64,000 nucleotides of DNA from an uncultured Acetatifactor sp. (lineage in GTDB: Bacteria; Bacillota; Clostridia; Lachnospirales; Lachnospiraceae), in the NCBI GenBank assembly GCA_947629645.1, contig CANREV010000005.1:12067-76066 (forward strand). The letters run 5' to 3'. A program made the position numbers and the translations under genes. Positions 8,396 through 17,966 of the stretch are shown in pieces; within the stretch, counting starts at the first letter, position 1; every line of letters starts with the position of its first letter. The notes beneath the pieces are model-generated. The model had not been told where the DNA came from. It worked only from the letters and a program-made list of their open reading frames with translations, and made no database searches.

Positions 8396-10210
8396 ATGGC
8401 AGCAATAGATCAGGGCAGGATCCGCAATTTTTGTATCATTGCACATATCGACCACGGTAAGTCTACCCTGGCGGACCGTATCATTGAGAAGACCGGTCTT
8501 CTCACCAGCAGGGAGATGCAGGACCAGGTTCTGGACAATATGGATCTGGAGAGGGAGAGGGGTATCACCATCAAGTCACAGGCGGTGCGCACCGTCTATC
8601 GGGCTAAGGACGGGGAAGAATATATCTTTAATCTGATCGATACTCCCGGACATGTGGATTTTAATTATGAGGTAAGCAGATCGCTGGCGGCATGTGACGG
8701 CGCTGTCCTGGTGGTGGACGCGGCGCAGGGGATTGAGGCGCAGACACTGGCTAATGTCTATCTGGCGCTGGATCATAATCTGGACGTTTTTCCGGTGATC
8801 AACAAGATCGACCTGCCCAGTGCGGATCCCCGGCGGGTTATAGATGAAATTGAGGATGTGATCGGCATTGAGGCGCAGGATGCGCCCTTGATTTCTGCAA
8901 AGAACGGCATCGGGATCGAGGATGTGTTAGAGCAGATCGTGGCTAAGATCCCTGCCCCGTCAGGGGATCCTGAGAGCCCTTTGCAGGCGCTGATCTTTGA
9001 TTCGCTGTATGATCCTTACAAAGGTGTTATCATTTTCTGCCGCATCATGGAAGGCAGGGTAAAGAAAGGCACTAAGATTCGTATGATGGCCACGGGAGCA
9101 AAGGAAGAAGTGGTGGAAGTAGGCTATTTCGGCGCGGGGCAGTTTATCCCCTGCGAGGAACTTTGCGCCGGAATGGTAGGCTATCTCACGGCTTCCATCA
9201 AAAATGTAAAAGATACGGCTGTGGGCGATACGGTGACGGATGATGAGCGCCCCTGCGCGGAGCCGTTAGCCGGGTACAAGAAAGTGCAGTCCATGGTGTA
9301 TTGCGGTATGTATCCTGCGGATGGCGCTAAGTATCCGGATCTGAGGGATGCCCTGGAGAAGCTGCAGCTAAATGATGCTTCCCTGAATTACGAGCCGGAG
9401 ACTTCCATTGCCTTAGGCTTTGGATTTCGGTGTGGTTTTCTGGGGCTTCTGCACCTGGAAATTATTCAGGAGCGTCTGGAGAGAGAGTACAATCTGGATC
9501 TGGTGACTACAGCTCCAGGAGTGGTGTATAAGGTGCATAAGACCAATGGAGAAGTGACAGAGCTGACCAATCCCTCCAATCTGCCGGATCCTTCCGAGAT
9601 CGATTATATGGAAGAACCTGTTGTCAGCGCGGAGATTATGGTTACAAGCGAATTTATCGGCCCTATTATGGAGCTTTGTCAACAGAGGCGGGGACGCTAT
9701 CTTGGCATGGAATATATCGAGGGCGTAAGAGCGCTTTTAAAATATGAATTACCCTTAAACGAGATTATCTACGATTTCTTTGACGCTTTGAAATCCAGAT
9801 CAAGAGGCTATGCTTCTTTTGATTACGATATCAAAGGATACGAGGAATCTAAACTGGTGAAGCTGGACATCCTGATCAACCACGAGGAAGTGGATGCGTT
9901 GTCTTTTATCGTGCACGCGGATTCCGCTTATGAGAGAGGCCGTAAGATGTGTGAAAAGCTGAAGGATGAGATCCCCAGACATTTGTTTGAGATCCCCATT
10001 CAGGCGGCGGTGGGAGGAAAGATCATAGCGAGGGAGACGGTAAAAGCCATGCGGAAGGATGTCCTCGCAAAGTGTTACGGCGGCGATATCACCCGTAAGA
10101 AGAAACTGTTGGAAAAACAGAAGGAGGGCAAGAAGCGCATGCGCCAGGTCGGCAGCGTGGAAATACCTCAGAAAGCGTTTATGAGTGTGTTAAAGTTAGA
10201 TGACAAGTAA
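8396..10210 (+). CDS. lepA: Translation elongation factor 4
   Basis: [60 protein letters not shown]. Confidence 0.98.
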   Translation: MAAIDQGRIRNFCIIAHIDHGKSTLADRIIEKTGLLTSREMQDQVLDNMDLERERGITIKSQAVRTVYRAKDGEEYIFNLIDTPGHVDFNYEVSRSLAACDGAVLVVDAAQGIEAQTLANVYLALDHNLDVFPVINKIDLPSADPRRVIDEIEDVIGIEAQDAPLISAKNGIGIEDVLEQIVAKIPAPSGDPESPLQALIFDSLYDPYKGVIIFCRIMEGRVKKGTKIRMMATGAKEEVVEVGYFGAGQFIPCEELCAGMVGYLTASIKNVKDTAVGDTVTDDERPCAEPLAGYKKVQSMVYCGMYPADGAKYPDLRDALEKLQLNDASLNYEPETSIALGFGFRCGFLGLLHLEIIQERLEREYNLDLVTTAPGVVYKVHKTNGEVTELTNPSNLPDPSEIDYMEEPVVSAEIMVTSEFIGPIMELCQQRRGRYLGMEYIEGVRALLKYELPLNEIIYDFFDALKSRSRGYASFDYDIKGYEESKLVKLDILINHEEVDALSFIVHADSAYERGRKMCEKLKDEIPRHLFEIPIQAAVGGKIIARETVKAMRKDVLAKCYGGDITRKKKLLEKQKEGKKRMRQVGSVEIPQKAFMSVLKLDDK

Positions 10211-11357
10211 GAGAGAACTGGAAATTTACCTTCATATTCCCTTTTGCGTCAAAAAGTGCTTTTACTGCGATTTTTTGTCCGCGCCTGCAGATGAGGAGAC
10301 CCGGACGGCCTATCTGGAAGCGCTCATGCGTGAAGTGAGAGAGAGAGCAGGAGACTACCGAAATTATCGGGTAGTCTCTGTTTTTGTGGGAGGCGGTACG
10401 CCCTCAGCCGTTTCGGAGGAGCTGATGGCAAAGCTGCTAAAAACCTTGCGGGAGGGATTTGAGATTGCGCCGGATGCGGAAATCACCATAGAAGTGAATC
10501 CCAACACCGCAGACAAAGAAAAGCTGTACTGTTATCGGGAGTCGGGAGTCAATCGCTTAAGCATAGGGCTGCAGTCCGCGGACGATGGAGAACTGGCTGC
10601 CATCGGCAGAGTTCATACTTTTGCACAGTTTCTTGAGACCTATCAAAACGCGAGAGACTGCGGTTTTTCCAATGTTAATGTAGATGTGATGAGTGCGCTG
10701 CCGGGGCAGACTGTGGAAAAGTATCTGCATACGCTGGACGCGGTGCTGACGCTGAAAGTACCGCCGGAACATATTTCATCCTACAGTCTGATCCTGGAGG
10801 AGGGAACCAGGTTGTATGAGATGGTATCACAGGGGAAATTATGTCTGCCTGATGAGGAAAGCGACCGCCGGATGTATGAACTGACGGGGCGGATCCTGAA
10901 AAAGGCGGGGTATGCCCGTTATGAAATTTCCAATTACGCGAAAGAGGGATTTGAATGCCGCCATAATTGCGGCTATTGGACGCGCAGGGAATATCTGGGC
11001 TTAGGGGTAGGCGCCGCGTCCCTGATCGGGAACCATCGTTTTAAAAACAACGATTCGCTGCAGGAGTATCTAAAAGATCCTCTGGGACAACGGATCGAAG
11101 AGCAGGAACTGTCCGTGAAGGAAGAAATGGAAGAATTTATGTTTCTGGGGCTTCGGCTGACGAAGGGAGTTTCGGCGGATCGGTTTATGCAGCTTTTTGG
11201 GAGAGAACTGGAAGAAATTTACGGAGCGGTCATAGCCCGTTACACAAAAGCAGGGCTCTTGCGGTACAAAAATGAGGGAAAAGGGGAGAGACGGCTGGCC
11301 CTGACGGCCCGCGGGATGGATGTATGCAACACAGTGATGGCGGAGTTTTTGCTGTAA
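10200..11357 (+). CDS. hemW: Radical SAM heme chaperone HemW (HemN-like)
   Basis: [16 protein letters not shown] (CxxxCxxC), GGGTPS, YEISNY, HNCGYW; overlaps the lepA stop codon. Confidence 0.92.
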   Translation: MTSKRELEIYLHIPFCVKKCFYCDFLSAPADEETRTAYLEALMREVRERAGDYRNYRVVSVFVGGGTPSAVSEELMAKLLKTLREGFEIAPDAEITIEVNPNTADKEKLYCYRESGVNRLSIGLQSADDGELAAIGRVHTFAQFLETYQNARDCGFSNVNVDVMSALPGQTVEKYLHTLDAVLTLKVPPEHISSYSLILEEGTRLYEMVSQGKLCLPDEESDRRMYELTGRILKKAGYARYEISNYAKEGFECRHNCGYWTRREYLGLGVGAASLIGNHRFKNNDSLQEYLKDPLGQRIEEQELSVKEEMEEFMFLGLRLTKGVSADRFMQLFGRELEEIYGAVIARYTKAGLLRYKNEGKGERRLALTARGMDVCNTVMAEFLL

Positions 11358-11363
11358 GGTCAG

Positions 11364-11392
11364 GCACTATGGACGAAATCGGCACATAGACT
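11364..11392 (+). promoter_or_regulatory. Possible sigma-E/sigma-K promoter of sigK
   Basis: CATAGACT -10 (CATAnnnT) with GCACTAT 14 nt upstream. Confidence 0.35.
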
Positions 11393-11422
11393 ATTGTTAA
11401 GAGAGATCCGCGGAGGCTATTT

Positions 11423-12058
11423 TTGAAAACTTTTCAAAAACCGTTGACCTCGGAAGAAGAAGCCGAATATATCCGGATGCTGAGAGAGGGGACACAGGAG
11501 GAGTCCCGCAGGGCGAAAGAAATTCTGATAGAGCGGAATCTGCGTCTTGTGGCCCACATTGCCAAAAAGTACCAGAATGTGGATGAGGACATGGAAGATC
11601 TGATCTCAATCGGCTGTATCGGCCTGATCAAGGCGGTGGATACCTTTGACGCCTCAAAAGGCCGCCTTGCAACGTACGCCTGCCGGTGTATAGATAATGA
11701 ACTGTTGATGCTGCTTCGCGGAAAGAAAAAGACGTCCAGAGAGGTGTCTTTGTTTGAGCCCATCGGGCAGGATAAAGAGGGAAACGAGATTCATCTGGTG
11801 GATGTGATAGAGCAGCATCAGCCCGATATCATAGACAACATGGAAATGGTGGGGAATATTAAGAAACTGCTGCATTTGATCAACGGCTGTCTGACAGACA
11901 GGGAGAAGCAGATCCTGATGCTGCGCTACGGCCTTGGAGGCATGGCGGAGGCGACCCAGAGCGAGGTGGGGGCAAAACTGGGGATATCCCGCAGCTATGT
12001 GTCAAGAATCGAAAAAAAAGCGCTGCAGAAATTAAGGGAAAGATTTGAAGATGAATAA
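11423..12058 (+). CDS. sigK: Sporulation sigma factor SigK, without a pro-sequence
   Basis: F.KPLT.EEE, ERNLRLVAHIAKKY, DLISIGCIGLIKA, YACRCIDNELLM, ISRSYVSRIEK; TTG start with GGAGG RBS. Confidence 0.88.
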   Translation: MKTFQKPLTSEEEAEYIRMLREGTQEESRRAKEILIERNLRLVAHIAKKYQNVDEDMEDLISIGCIGLIKAVDTFDASKGRLATYACRCIDNELLMLLRGKKKTSREVSLFEPIGQDKEGNEIHLVDVIEQHQPDIIDNMEMVGNIKKLLHLINGCLTDREKQILMLRYGLGGMAEATQSEVGAKLGISRSYVSRIEKKALQKLRERFEDE

Positions 12059-12122
12059 CTGCCTCCATCTGTGAAAACAGCCCGGACTGTTACCGAAATT
12101 GCAAAAAATGTTGAAAAAAATC

Positions 12123-12151
12123 TTGTGAAAAGTGATAGGATATGCTATAGT
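12123..12151 (+). promoter_or_regulatory. sigma-A promoter of the HD-GYP-like gene
   Basis: TTGTGA-N17-TATAGT with extended -10 TG. Confidence 0.6.
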
Positions 12152-12232
12152 TACATTAGTGTTTTGCTATTTTGTTCCAGAACAGCCTGAAATTCTTTCA
12201 GTTTCAGGCTGAAAATAACGATGGGAGACATT

Positions 12233-13345
12233 ATGCAGTTTATTGAAATGCCGGATTTAAAAACAGGGATGAGGCTTGCCAGACCGATTTATGATAAAAA
12301 GGGAACGCTCTTGTTTGAACGCAATTCCAAACTGTCGGAGCAGTCTATCAACAGCGTGAAAAATATCGGTCTGCTGGGGATGTATATACTGGATCCCGCG
12401 GAGCCCCTGCCGCCTATGTCGGAGGAAGATGAGGAATTTGAGCGCTTTCAGATGATGACGGTATTCATGATTCAGGATGAGCTGAATCTGATCATACAGT
12501 CAAAGAAGCAGAGTAAACTGCAGTCCATCGTCAGCATGATCGTTAAAAATTACGGCCATTTAAGCGGTAAGATTAATTTTTATCAGAATCTGCGGAGTAA
12601 AGATGATTATGTGTGCCGTCATTCCCTGAATGTGGCCATACTCTGTGCCATGATCTCCCATGTCATGAATATTCGTATCGATGAGCAGCTTCAGACGGTG
12701 GAGGCGGCGCTTGTCCATGATCTCGGAAAGCAGCAGCTTCCCACGGAGGTTCTCTTTAAACAGGGAGCCACAGAGGAAGACAGCGCGAGAGTATACAGCG
12801 AGCAGCTGGCGGCTTTAGATATCCTGAATGATTTCTCGGAGGGCGCAGCGGTCAAACGTCTCTGTGTGCACGCTCTTCGGGAGCAGCATGACAGGAATGC
12901 GGAAGGAAAGCCGGAATCTAATAAAAAGGTGCCGGTTGGCGCTAAGATATTGATCGTTGCCAACCGTTACGATGAGATGACGGCTATGGATCTGATGGGC
13001 CAGTCCGAATCGGAAGTCGCTGCTTTGAGGGAGTTTTATAATTATCCCGAGCTGTATGATTCCAAGGTGGTGGATGCGCTGGTGCAGTCTATCAACATTC
13101 TCTTTCCGGGAACAAACGTGGATCTGAGCACGGGAGAGAAAGCCCTGGTGCTGGTGGAGAATCCTCGGGATATTCTAAAGCCCACGGTGCTGACATTCCG
13201 GGATAATATGATTTTAGATCTGTCGCTGCCGGGAAATTCGGATATTCAGATAGTGGATATCGTGAAAACACTGGACAACCGTTATATTATGGATACCGAT
13301 ACGCTGGCGCAGGTCATGCCTGCGAAGCAGCCGGATGAAAAGTGA
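12233..13345 (+). CDS. HD-GYP-like protein with degenerate catalytic motifs
   Basis: N-terminal LKTGMRLARPIY domain typical of clostridial HD-GYP proteins, RHSLNVA, VHDLGK, AKILIVANRYD; HHE and GYP motifs absent; start 12233 after GGAGA. Confidence 0.8.
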   Translation: MQFIEMPDLKTGMRLARPIYDKKGTLLFERNSKLSEQSINSVKNIGLLGMYILDPAEPLPPMSEEDEEFERFQMMTVFMIQDELNLIIQSKKQSKLQSIVSMIVKNYGHLSGKINFYQNLRSKDDYVCRHSLNVAILCAMISHVMNIRIDEQLQTVEAALVHDLGKQQLPTEVLFKQGATEEDSARVYSEQLAALDILNDFSEGAAVKRLCVHALREQHDRNAEGKPESNKKVPVGAKILIVANRYDEMTAMDLMGQSESEVAALREFYNYPELYDSKVVDALVQSINILFPGTNVDLSTGEKALVLVENPRDILKPTVLTFRDNMILDLSLPGNSDIQIVDIVKTLDNRYIMDTDTLAQVMPAKQPDEK

Positions 13346-13366
13346 CGGATTAAAGTGAAAATGAAC

Positions 13367-13396
13367 TTCCGGGGCGGCGTTTGGCCGCTTCGGGAA
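13367..13396 (+). terminator. GC-rich hairpin after the HD-GYP gene (terminator-like)
   Basis: TTCCGGGGCGGC-gtttg-GCCGCTTCGGGAA; no clean U-tract. Confidence 0.4.
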
Positions 13397-13589
13397 AATG
13401 GTTTTAAGAAGTTTTGCAGATCGTCTTAAATTTCAGCGGATTCATCCGCTCATAATTCCAAACATTCACAGTAAAGTCAAATGTCTTTAGATGTATTCTT
13501 TTTTTATTTTCCCTGATTGATATTTTGGTATCACAAGATGACATATCCTGTCTGACGTTTATCAATTCATAAGGAGGTCTTATCTTTAT

Positions 13590-15137
13590 ATGTATAGTAT
13601 GGTTTTTACCGGTGCGCTTCAGGGCGTTTATGCTTATCTGGTTTCTGTGGAGACGGATATTTCTTCGGGGCTTCCCACCCTGAATCTGGTGGGATCGCCA
13701 AGCCAGGAGACTCGCGAGGCAAAGGAGAGGGTCAGGGTGGCGCTGCACAATATAGGGCTGCGTCTTCCGCCGGCGCACATTACCGTGAACCTTTCTCCGG
13801 CGAATCGCAGGAAAGACGGAACCGCTTTTGATCTGGCGATTGCGGCAGGGCTTTTGGAAGCCATGGACAAAATCCCCCGAGGGGCTGTGGAAAATACGCT
13901 TTTCCTCGGGGAACTGGGACTTGACGGCGAAGTGAAGGGCGTCCCAGGGGTATTGCCTATTGTCAGGGAAGCGGCGTTGCAGGGAATAGGACAGTGTATC
14001 GTGCCCTATGTGAACGGCAGGGAAGGCGCTCTGGTGCCGGATATCAATGTCAGAGGAGTCCCCGATCTGAAAACTTTGTTAGATTTTTTGCTGGCTGAGA
14101 CAAGCAAGGAGAAGGATGAGATCCTGCCTGTGATATCTTCGGAGGCAGGCAAAGCGTTTTTATGCCCGCCGGATGCGAAAATACCTGACTTTTCAGAGGT
14201 GGTAGGACAGGAGACGGCTAAACGGGGCGCGGAGATCGCGGCGGCAGGGTTTCATCATCTGCTCATGGTAGGGCCGCCCGGCGCGGGGAAGTCCATGATC
14301 GCCAGAAGAATCTGCGGTATCATGCCGCCTTTGACAATGGAGGAAAGTCTGGAACTGACCTCCATCGTCAGCGTGTCGGGACTGATGAAGGAGGGGGAGG
14401 CAATGATAACAGGGCGGCCCTTTCAGGCGCCTCATCACACTATCACCCAGACTGCTTTCATAGGGGGCAGTATGGTGCCAAGACCCGGCATGATTTCGCT
14501 GGCCCACAGAGGGGTTCTTTTCCTGGATGAACTTACGGAATTCCAGAGGGCGGTGCTGGACAGTCTGAGGCAGCCGCTGGAAGAACATCAGGTGCAGATC
14601 GCAAGAGTGGGCGGAACTGTCACATATCCCAGTGATTTCATGATGGTCTGCGCCATGAATCCCTGTCCCTGCGGTTATTATCCTGACCGGGACAGATGCC
14701 GGTGTACGCAGCCTCAGATCAGGCGATATATGGGGAAAGTGTCGGGCCCTATTCTGGATCGTATCGATCTGTGCGTTGCCCTGGAGGCTGTAGATATCGC
14801 AAGCCTGAAAGAGAAGGAGAAGGGAGAGAGCAGCCGGGCTGTCAGGGAGCGCGTCATGAGAGCGCGAAAAAGGCAGGAAGAGAGATTCCTTGGCACACCG
14901 TATCGCTTTAATGCGGATATTGATGTCGCGGATATGGAACGGTTCTGCCATCTTGGGAAAAAAGAACATCGCTGTATGGAAGAACTGTATCATAGCTTAG
15001 GGCTGAGCCTTCGTTCCTATCACCGCATTTTAAAGGTGGCGAGAACCATCGCCGATCTGGAAGCGGCTGAAAAGATAGAGATGGAGCATCTTTTGGAGGC
15101 CGCTTCTTACCGGCCGGCTCAGGAATATTGGATGTAG
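13590..15137 (+). CDS. comM: YifB/ComM family Mg-chelatase-like AAA+ ATPase
   Basis: ITVNLSPA..RKDGTAFDLAIA, Walker A GPPGAGKS, LFLDE, AMNPCPCGY, ILDRID; directly upstream of dprA. Confidence 0.9.
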   Translation: MYSMVFTGALQGVYAYLVSVETDISSGLPTLNLVGSPSQETREAKERVRVALHNIGLRLPPAHITVNLSPANRRKDGTAFDLAIAAGLLEAMDKIPRGAVENTLFLGELGLDGEVKGVPGVLPIVREAALQGIGQCIVPYVNGREGALVPDINVRGVPDLKTLLDFLLAETSKEKDEILPVISSEAGKAFLCPPDAKIPDFSEVVGQETAKRGAEIAAAGFHHLLMVGPPGAGKSMIARRICGIMPPLTMEESLELTSIVSVSGLMKEGEAMITGRPFQAPHHTITQTAFIGGSMVPRPGMISLAHRGVLFLDELTEFQRAVLDSLRQPLEEHQVQIARVGGTVTYPSDFMMVCAMNPCPCGYYPDRDRCRCTQPQIRRYMGKVSGPILDRIDLCVALEAVDIASLKEKEKGESSRAVRERVMRARKRQEERFLGTPYRFNADIDVADMERFCHLGKKEHRCMEELYHSLGLSLRSYHRILKVARTIADLEAAEKIEMEHLLEAASYRPAQEYWM

Positions 15138-15147
15138 GAGGCGCAGA

Positions 15148-16161
15148 ATGATGAGCGAGGAAACAATTTCTTTTATTACCCCCTTTGACAGCGGTTATCC
15201 TGAAAGGCTTAAAAATATACCCGATGCGCCTGCGGGCCTGTATATTGGAGGCAGGCTGCCGGAAGATACGGAGATTGCCGTGGCGGTAGTGGGCGCCAGG
15301 GAATGTTCTGAATACGGCAGATATGTGGCGCAGAAGCTGGGGGCGTTTCTGGGGGAAAATAAAGTCACGGTGGTAAGCGGTATGGCCCGGGGGATCGATG
15401 GGATCAGCCAGTGGGCGGCGCTGGAGGCGGGAGGCACGTCTATCGGTGTGCTGGGCTGTGGACCGGATATCTGCTATCCGGCACAGAACCGGAAACTTTA
15501 TGACCGATTGCTCAGGCAGGGAGCCGTTCTGTCCGAATATGCTTTAGGCACGCCCCCGAAACCCGCGCACTTTCCGGCGCGAAACAGGATTGTCAGCGGC
15601 CTTTCGGACGCGGTGGTGGTGGTCGAAGCGAGGGAGAAAAGCGGAACGCTGATTACGGTGGATATGGCTCTGGAGCAGGGGAGAGAAGTCTTTGTAGTCC
15701 CCGGAAGGATCACCGACAGCCTGAGCGATGGCTGTAACAGGCTGATCAGACAGGGCGCCGGAATTCTCCTTTCGCCCCGGGAATTGCTGACAGAACTTCA
15801 GGAGCTGAAGCATCGGACGAAAGAGCGGGATAGGGGGGAAACAGAAACAGAAAAGAAAAAGAAGCGCGCCTGTAAAGTTGAGAAGCGTCAGACAGACGTT
15901 TCCCCGGAAGAAAAGGCGCTGCAAAAAGAGCCTGATATGGGAAAAGAGATCATCTCAGAGAGATTCTCCCGGGAAATGTCCGCGGTGTATCAGGCGTTGG
16001 ACTTTTATCCCCGCTCGCTCGCTCAGATCATGGCGTTTATGCCGGACCGGTCCGCCATCAGCCAGAGACAGGTATTGTCTCAGCTGATGCGGCTCTGCAT
16101 GGAAGGAAAAGCCGTGCAGGTAAGCTCCGGATATTTCTGCCGCAGCGGGCAGGATCGTTGA
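15148..16161 (+). CDS. dprA: DNA-processing protein DprA/Smf
   Basis: VVGARECSEYG, VSGMARGIDG, FPARNRIVSG, EAREKSGTLIT, C-terminal winged helix. Confidence 0.93.
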   Translation: MMSEETISFITPFDSGYPERLKNIPDAPAGLYIGGRLPEDTEIAVAVVGARECSEYGRYVAQKLGAFLGENKVTVVSGMARGIDGISQWAALEAGGTSIGVLGCGPDICYPAQNRKLYDRLLRQGAVLSEYALGTPPKPAHFPARNRIVSGLSDAVVVVEAREKSGTLITVDMALEQGREVFVVPGRITDSLSDGCNRLIRQGAGILLSPRELLTELQELKHRTKERDRGETETEKKKKRACKVEKRQTDVSPEEKALQKEPDMGKEIISERFSREMSAVYQALDFYPRSLAQIMAFMPDRSAISQRQVLSQLMRLCMEGKAVQVSSGYFCRSGQDR

Positions 16162-16174
16162 GAGATAAAACGTA

Positions 16175-16423
16175 TCAGCCGGAATTTTTCTTTTTACGCG
16201 CTGCCTCTTCTCGTTCCTCAAGCATTCTTTGACATTCTTCAAGTATTTCCAACCTGCTGTAACTATTTTTACTACAGAATCTTCTCACTCTGCAGGTTCT
16301 GCTGTCGCATCTCTTTTTGCGGTGGCACCGGATCCAGTAATACAATTGGATCGGCCATCCGATCACAGGCAAAATCATTCCGCCAATCAGAAAAAAATAG
16401 GCTGCAATCTCCAAAAATTTCAT
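16175..16423 (-). CDS. Small single-pass membrane protein with a Cys4 (C-x5-C-x4-C-x5-C) basic tail
   Basis: AGGAGG RBS before ATG at 16423, hydrophobic N-terminal helix, extended -10 promoters just upstream. Confidence 0.7.
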   Translation of the reverse strand: MKFLEIAAYFFLIGGMILPVIGWPIQLYYWIRCHRKKRCDSRTCRVRRFCSKNSYSRLEILEECQRMLEEREEAARKKKNSG

Positions 16424-16454
16424 ATGCGTTCCTCCTGCCATAAATTTACAGTAC

Positions 16455-16476
16455 ATTATAACATAAAATTATAACA
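16455..16476 (-). promoter_or_regulatory. Two tandem extended -10 elements for the small membrane protein gene
   Basis: Minus strand TGTTATAAT twice, 13 bp apart (16468-16476 and 16455-16463). Confidence 0.6.
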
Positions 16477-16544
16477 AAAAACTGCCATTTTGGACACTAT
16501 TTTTTGATCGTTCTGGGTAAAATTCTGTTACGAGGTGACAAGGT

Positions 16545-16790
16545 ATGTCTGAAAGAATCAATCAGTACCGAAATCCCCTTGTCGGAAGTAATATCCAGCG
16601 TCTACGTAAAGAAAGGAATCTTAAAGCGACGGAAGTCATTGCAAAATTGCAGTGCATGGATATTCCGATCACAACGGGGACATTTAGCAAAATTGAAAAT
16701 GGGCGCAATAATCCCACCGTTGATATGTTAATCGCACTGACAGAAATTTTTGATTGTGATTTCAACGCGTTTTTTTATATGGGAAAATAA
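16545..16790 (+). CDS. XRE/Cro-C1 family HTH transcriptional regulator
   Basis: GSNIQRLRKERNL...FSKIENGRNNPTVDMLIALTEIFDC pattern; GAGGTG RBS. Confidence 0.88.
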   Translation: MSERINQYRNPLVGSNIQRLRKERNLKATEVIAKLQCMDIPITTGTFSKIENGRNNPTVDMLIALTEIFDCDFNAFFYMGK

Positions 16791-16858
16791 TCCAGTTTCC
16801 GTCAGTTCGCGCATTCGTCATCTCTGTTTATCACATTTATAAAAAATAAATTCTTCTC

Positions 16859-16888
16859 ATTATACACTTTTTCCGTTTTATTTGTAAA
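16859..16888 (-). promoter_or_regulatory. Near-consensus sigma-A promoter pointing antisense into the XRE gene
   Basis: Minus strand TTTACA-N18-TATAAT. Confidence 0.45.
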
Positions 16889-17060
16889 TATTCTGTTTTC
16901 AAAAAATCCAGCGTTTCAGAATAATTTTATAAAACTGCCGCGACCAATTCCGGATGTTTTAAGGAATCCTTTACTGTCCCGGGATTTGCCTGGTATGATG
17001 TCATGACTGTGACCGGGGACACCGCCTGTCTGTTTTTAAAATATGGCGGATCAATATGCC

Positions 17061-17091
17061 AAAAGGACGCGCGTTTTAAGCGGCGTCCTTT
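17061..17091 (-). terminator. Intrinsic terminator of the PHP gene
   Basis: AAAGGACGC...GCGTCCTTT stem with TTTT on the minus strand. Confidence 0.7.
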
Positions 17092-17115
17092 CGTGTGGGA
17101 AAAATGTGAGAACCG

Positions 17116-17934
17116 TTATATTTTTTTGAATTCCGGGATCCTGTTTTCAAATATGGTGTAATAATCAAATCCGCATTCTTTCAGTACGTCCGCAGCCCGG
17201 TCGAAAGAATCTCCGATGTGTCCGATATCGTGAGCATCGGAGCCGATGGTGATGATTTCGCCCCCCAGTTCATGATAGCGTTTCAGGATAGCCGTGCAGG
17301 GATGAAATTCCCGCATGCCGCTTTGAATCCCGCCGGTGTTGAGTTCGATCCCTTTGCCGTTGTCGATCAGGTGGTTTAAAATTTCATCGATCACATCCCG
17401 GTACGTCTCGTAGGAATAATTTTTATCCTTGTCCGGACCGTATCTGACAACGTAATCCAGGTGGCCGTAGACGTCATAGTTGGAAAATTTTTTGATGTTT
17501 TCCAGTATGGATGTAAAATATTCCCTGAAGGCTTCCTCTTTAGAGCGGCCCTCGAAAAAGTCGGGATAGTAAGGGTCGCGCCCGTGGCAGACGTGGGAGG
17601 AGGCGATGATAAAATCAAATGGGCGGGACTTTGCAAAGATTGCGTTTTCACGCATGATCTCGGGCTGAAGACCCAGTTCCACGCCGAACAGGATTCTGAT
17701 CTGCCCCTTGTATTTTTCCCGCAGTCTGGCAAGGTCATACAGGTAAGAGTCCACATTCAATAAAAAGGTGTTGGCGGGGCAATCGAAAGAGGCGGGATAC
17801 TGAAAATCGTTGTGTTCCGTGAAACACATGGCGGTAAGCCCCTGGGCGATACCCTGCAGGATCATATCTTCCATAGGCGTCTTTGAATCGCCCGAGTGGG
17901 AGGAATGTAAATGGCAGTCTGATTTGATAGGCAT
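17116..17934 (-). CDS. PHP-family phosphatase (histidinol-phosphatase HisJ/HisK-like)
   Basis: DCHLHS, FTEH, GVELG, GHLD, GSDAH metal ligands; AAAGGAG RBS. Confidence 0.88.
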   Translation of the reverse strand: MPIKSDCHLHSSHSGDSKTPMEDMILQGIAQGLTAMCFTEHNDFQYPASFDCPANTFLLNVDSYLYDLARLREKYKGQIRILFGVELGLQPEIMRENAIFAKSRPFDFIIASSHVCHGRDPYYPDFFEGRSKEEAFREYFTSILENIKKFSNYDVYGHLDYVVRYGPDKDKNYSYETYRDVIDEILNHLIDNGKGIELNTGGIQSGMREFHPCTAILKRYHELGGEIITIGSDAHDIGHIGDSFDRAADVLKECGFDYYTIFENRIPEFKKI

Positions 17935-17966
17935 AATTCTGCTCCTTTCCGGAAATACTTGTTCTT

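Noticed and set aside
11423-12058. skin element or recombinase in sigK
   Set aside because: The ORF is continuous through regions 2-4 and no recombinase gene is nearby
16562-16765. 67-aa minus-strand ORF downstream of the antisense promoter
   Set aside because: Lies wholly antisense to the XRE gene, TTG start without an RBS, no motif
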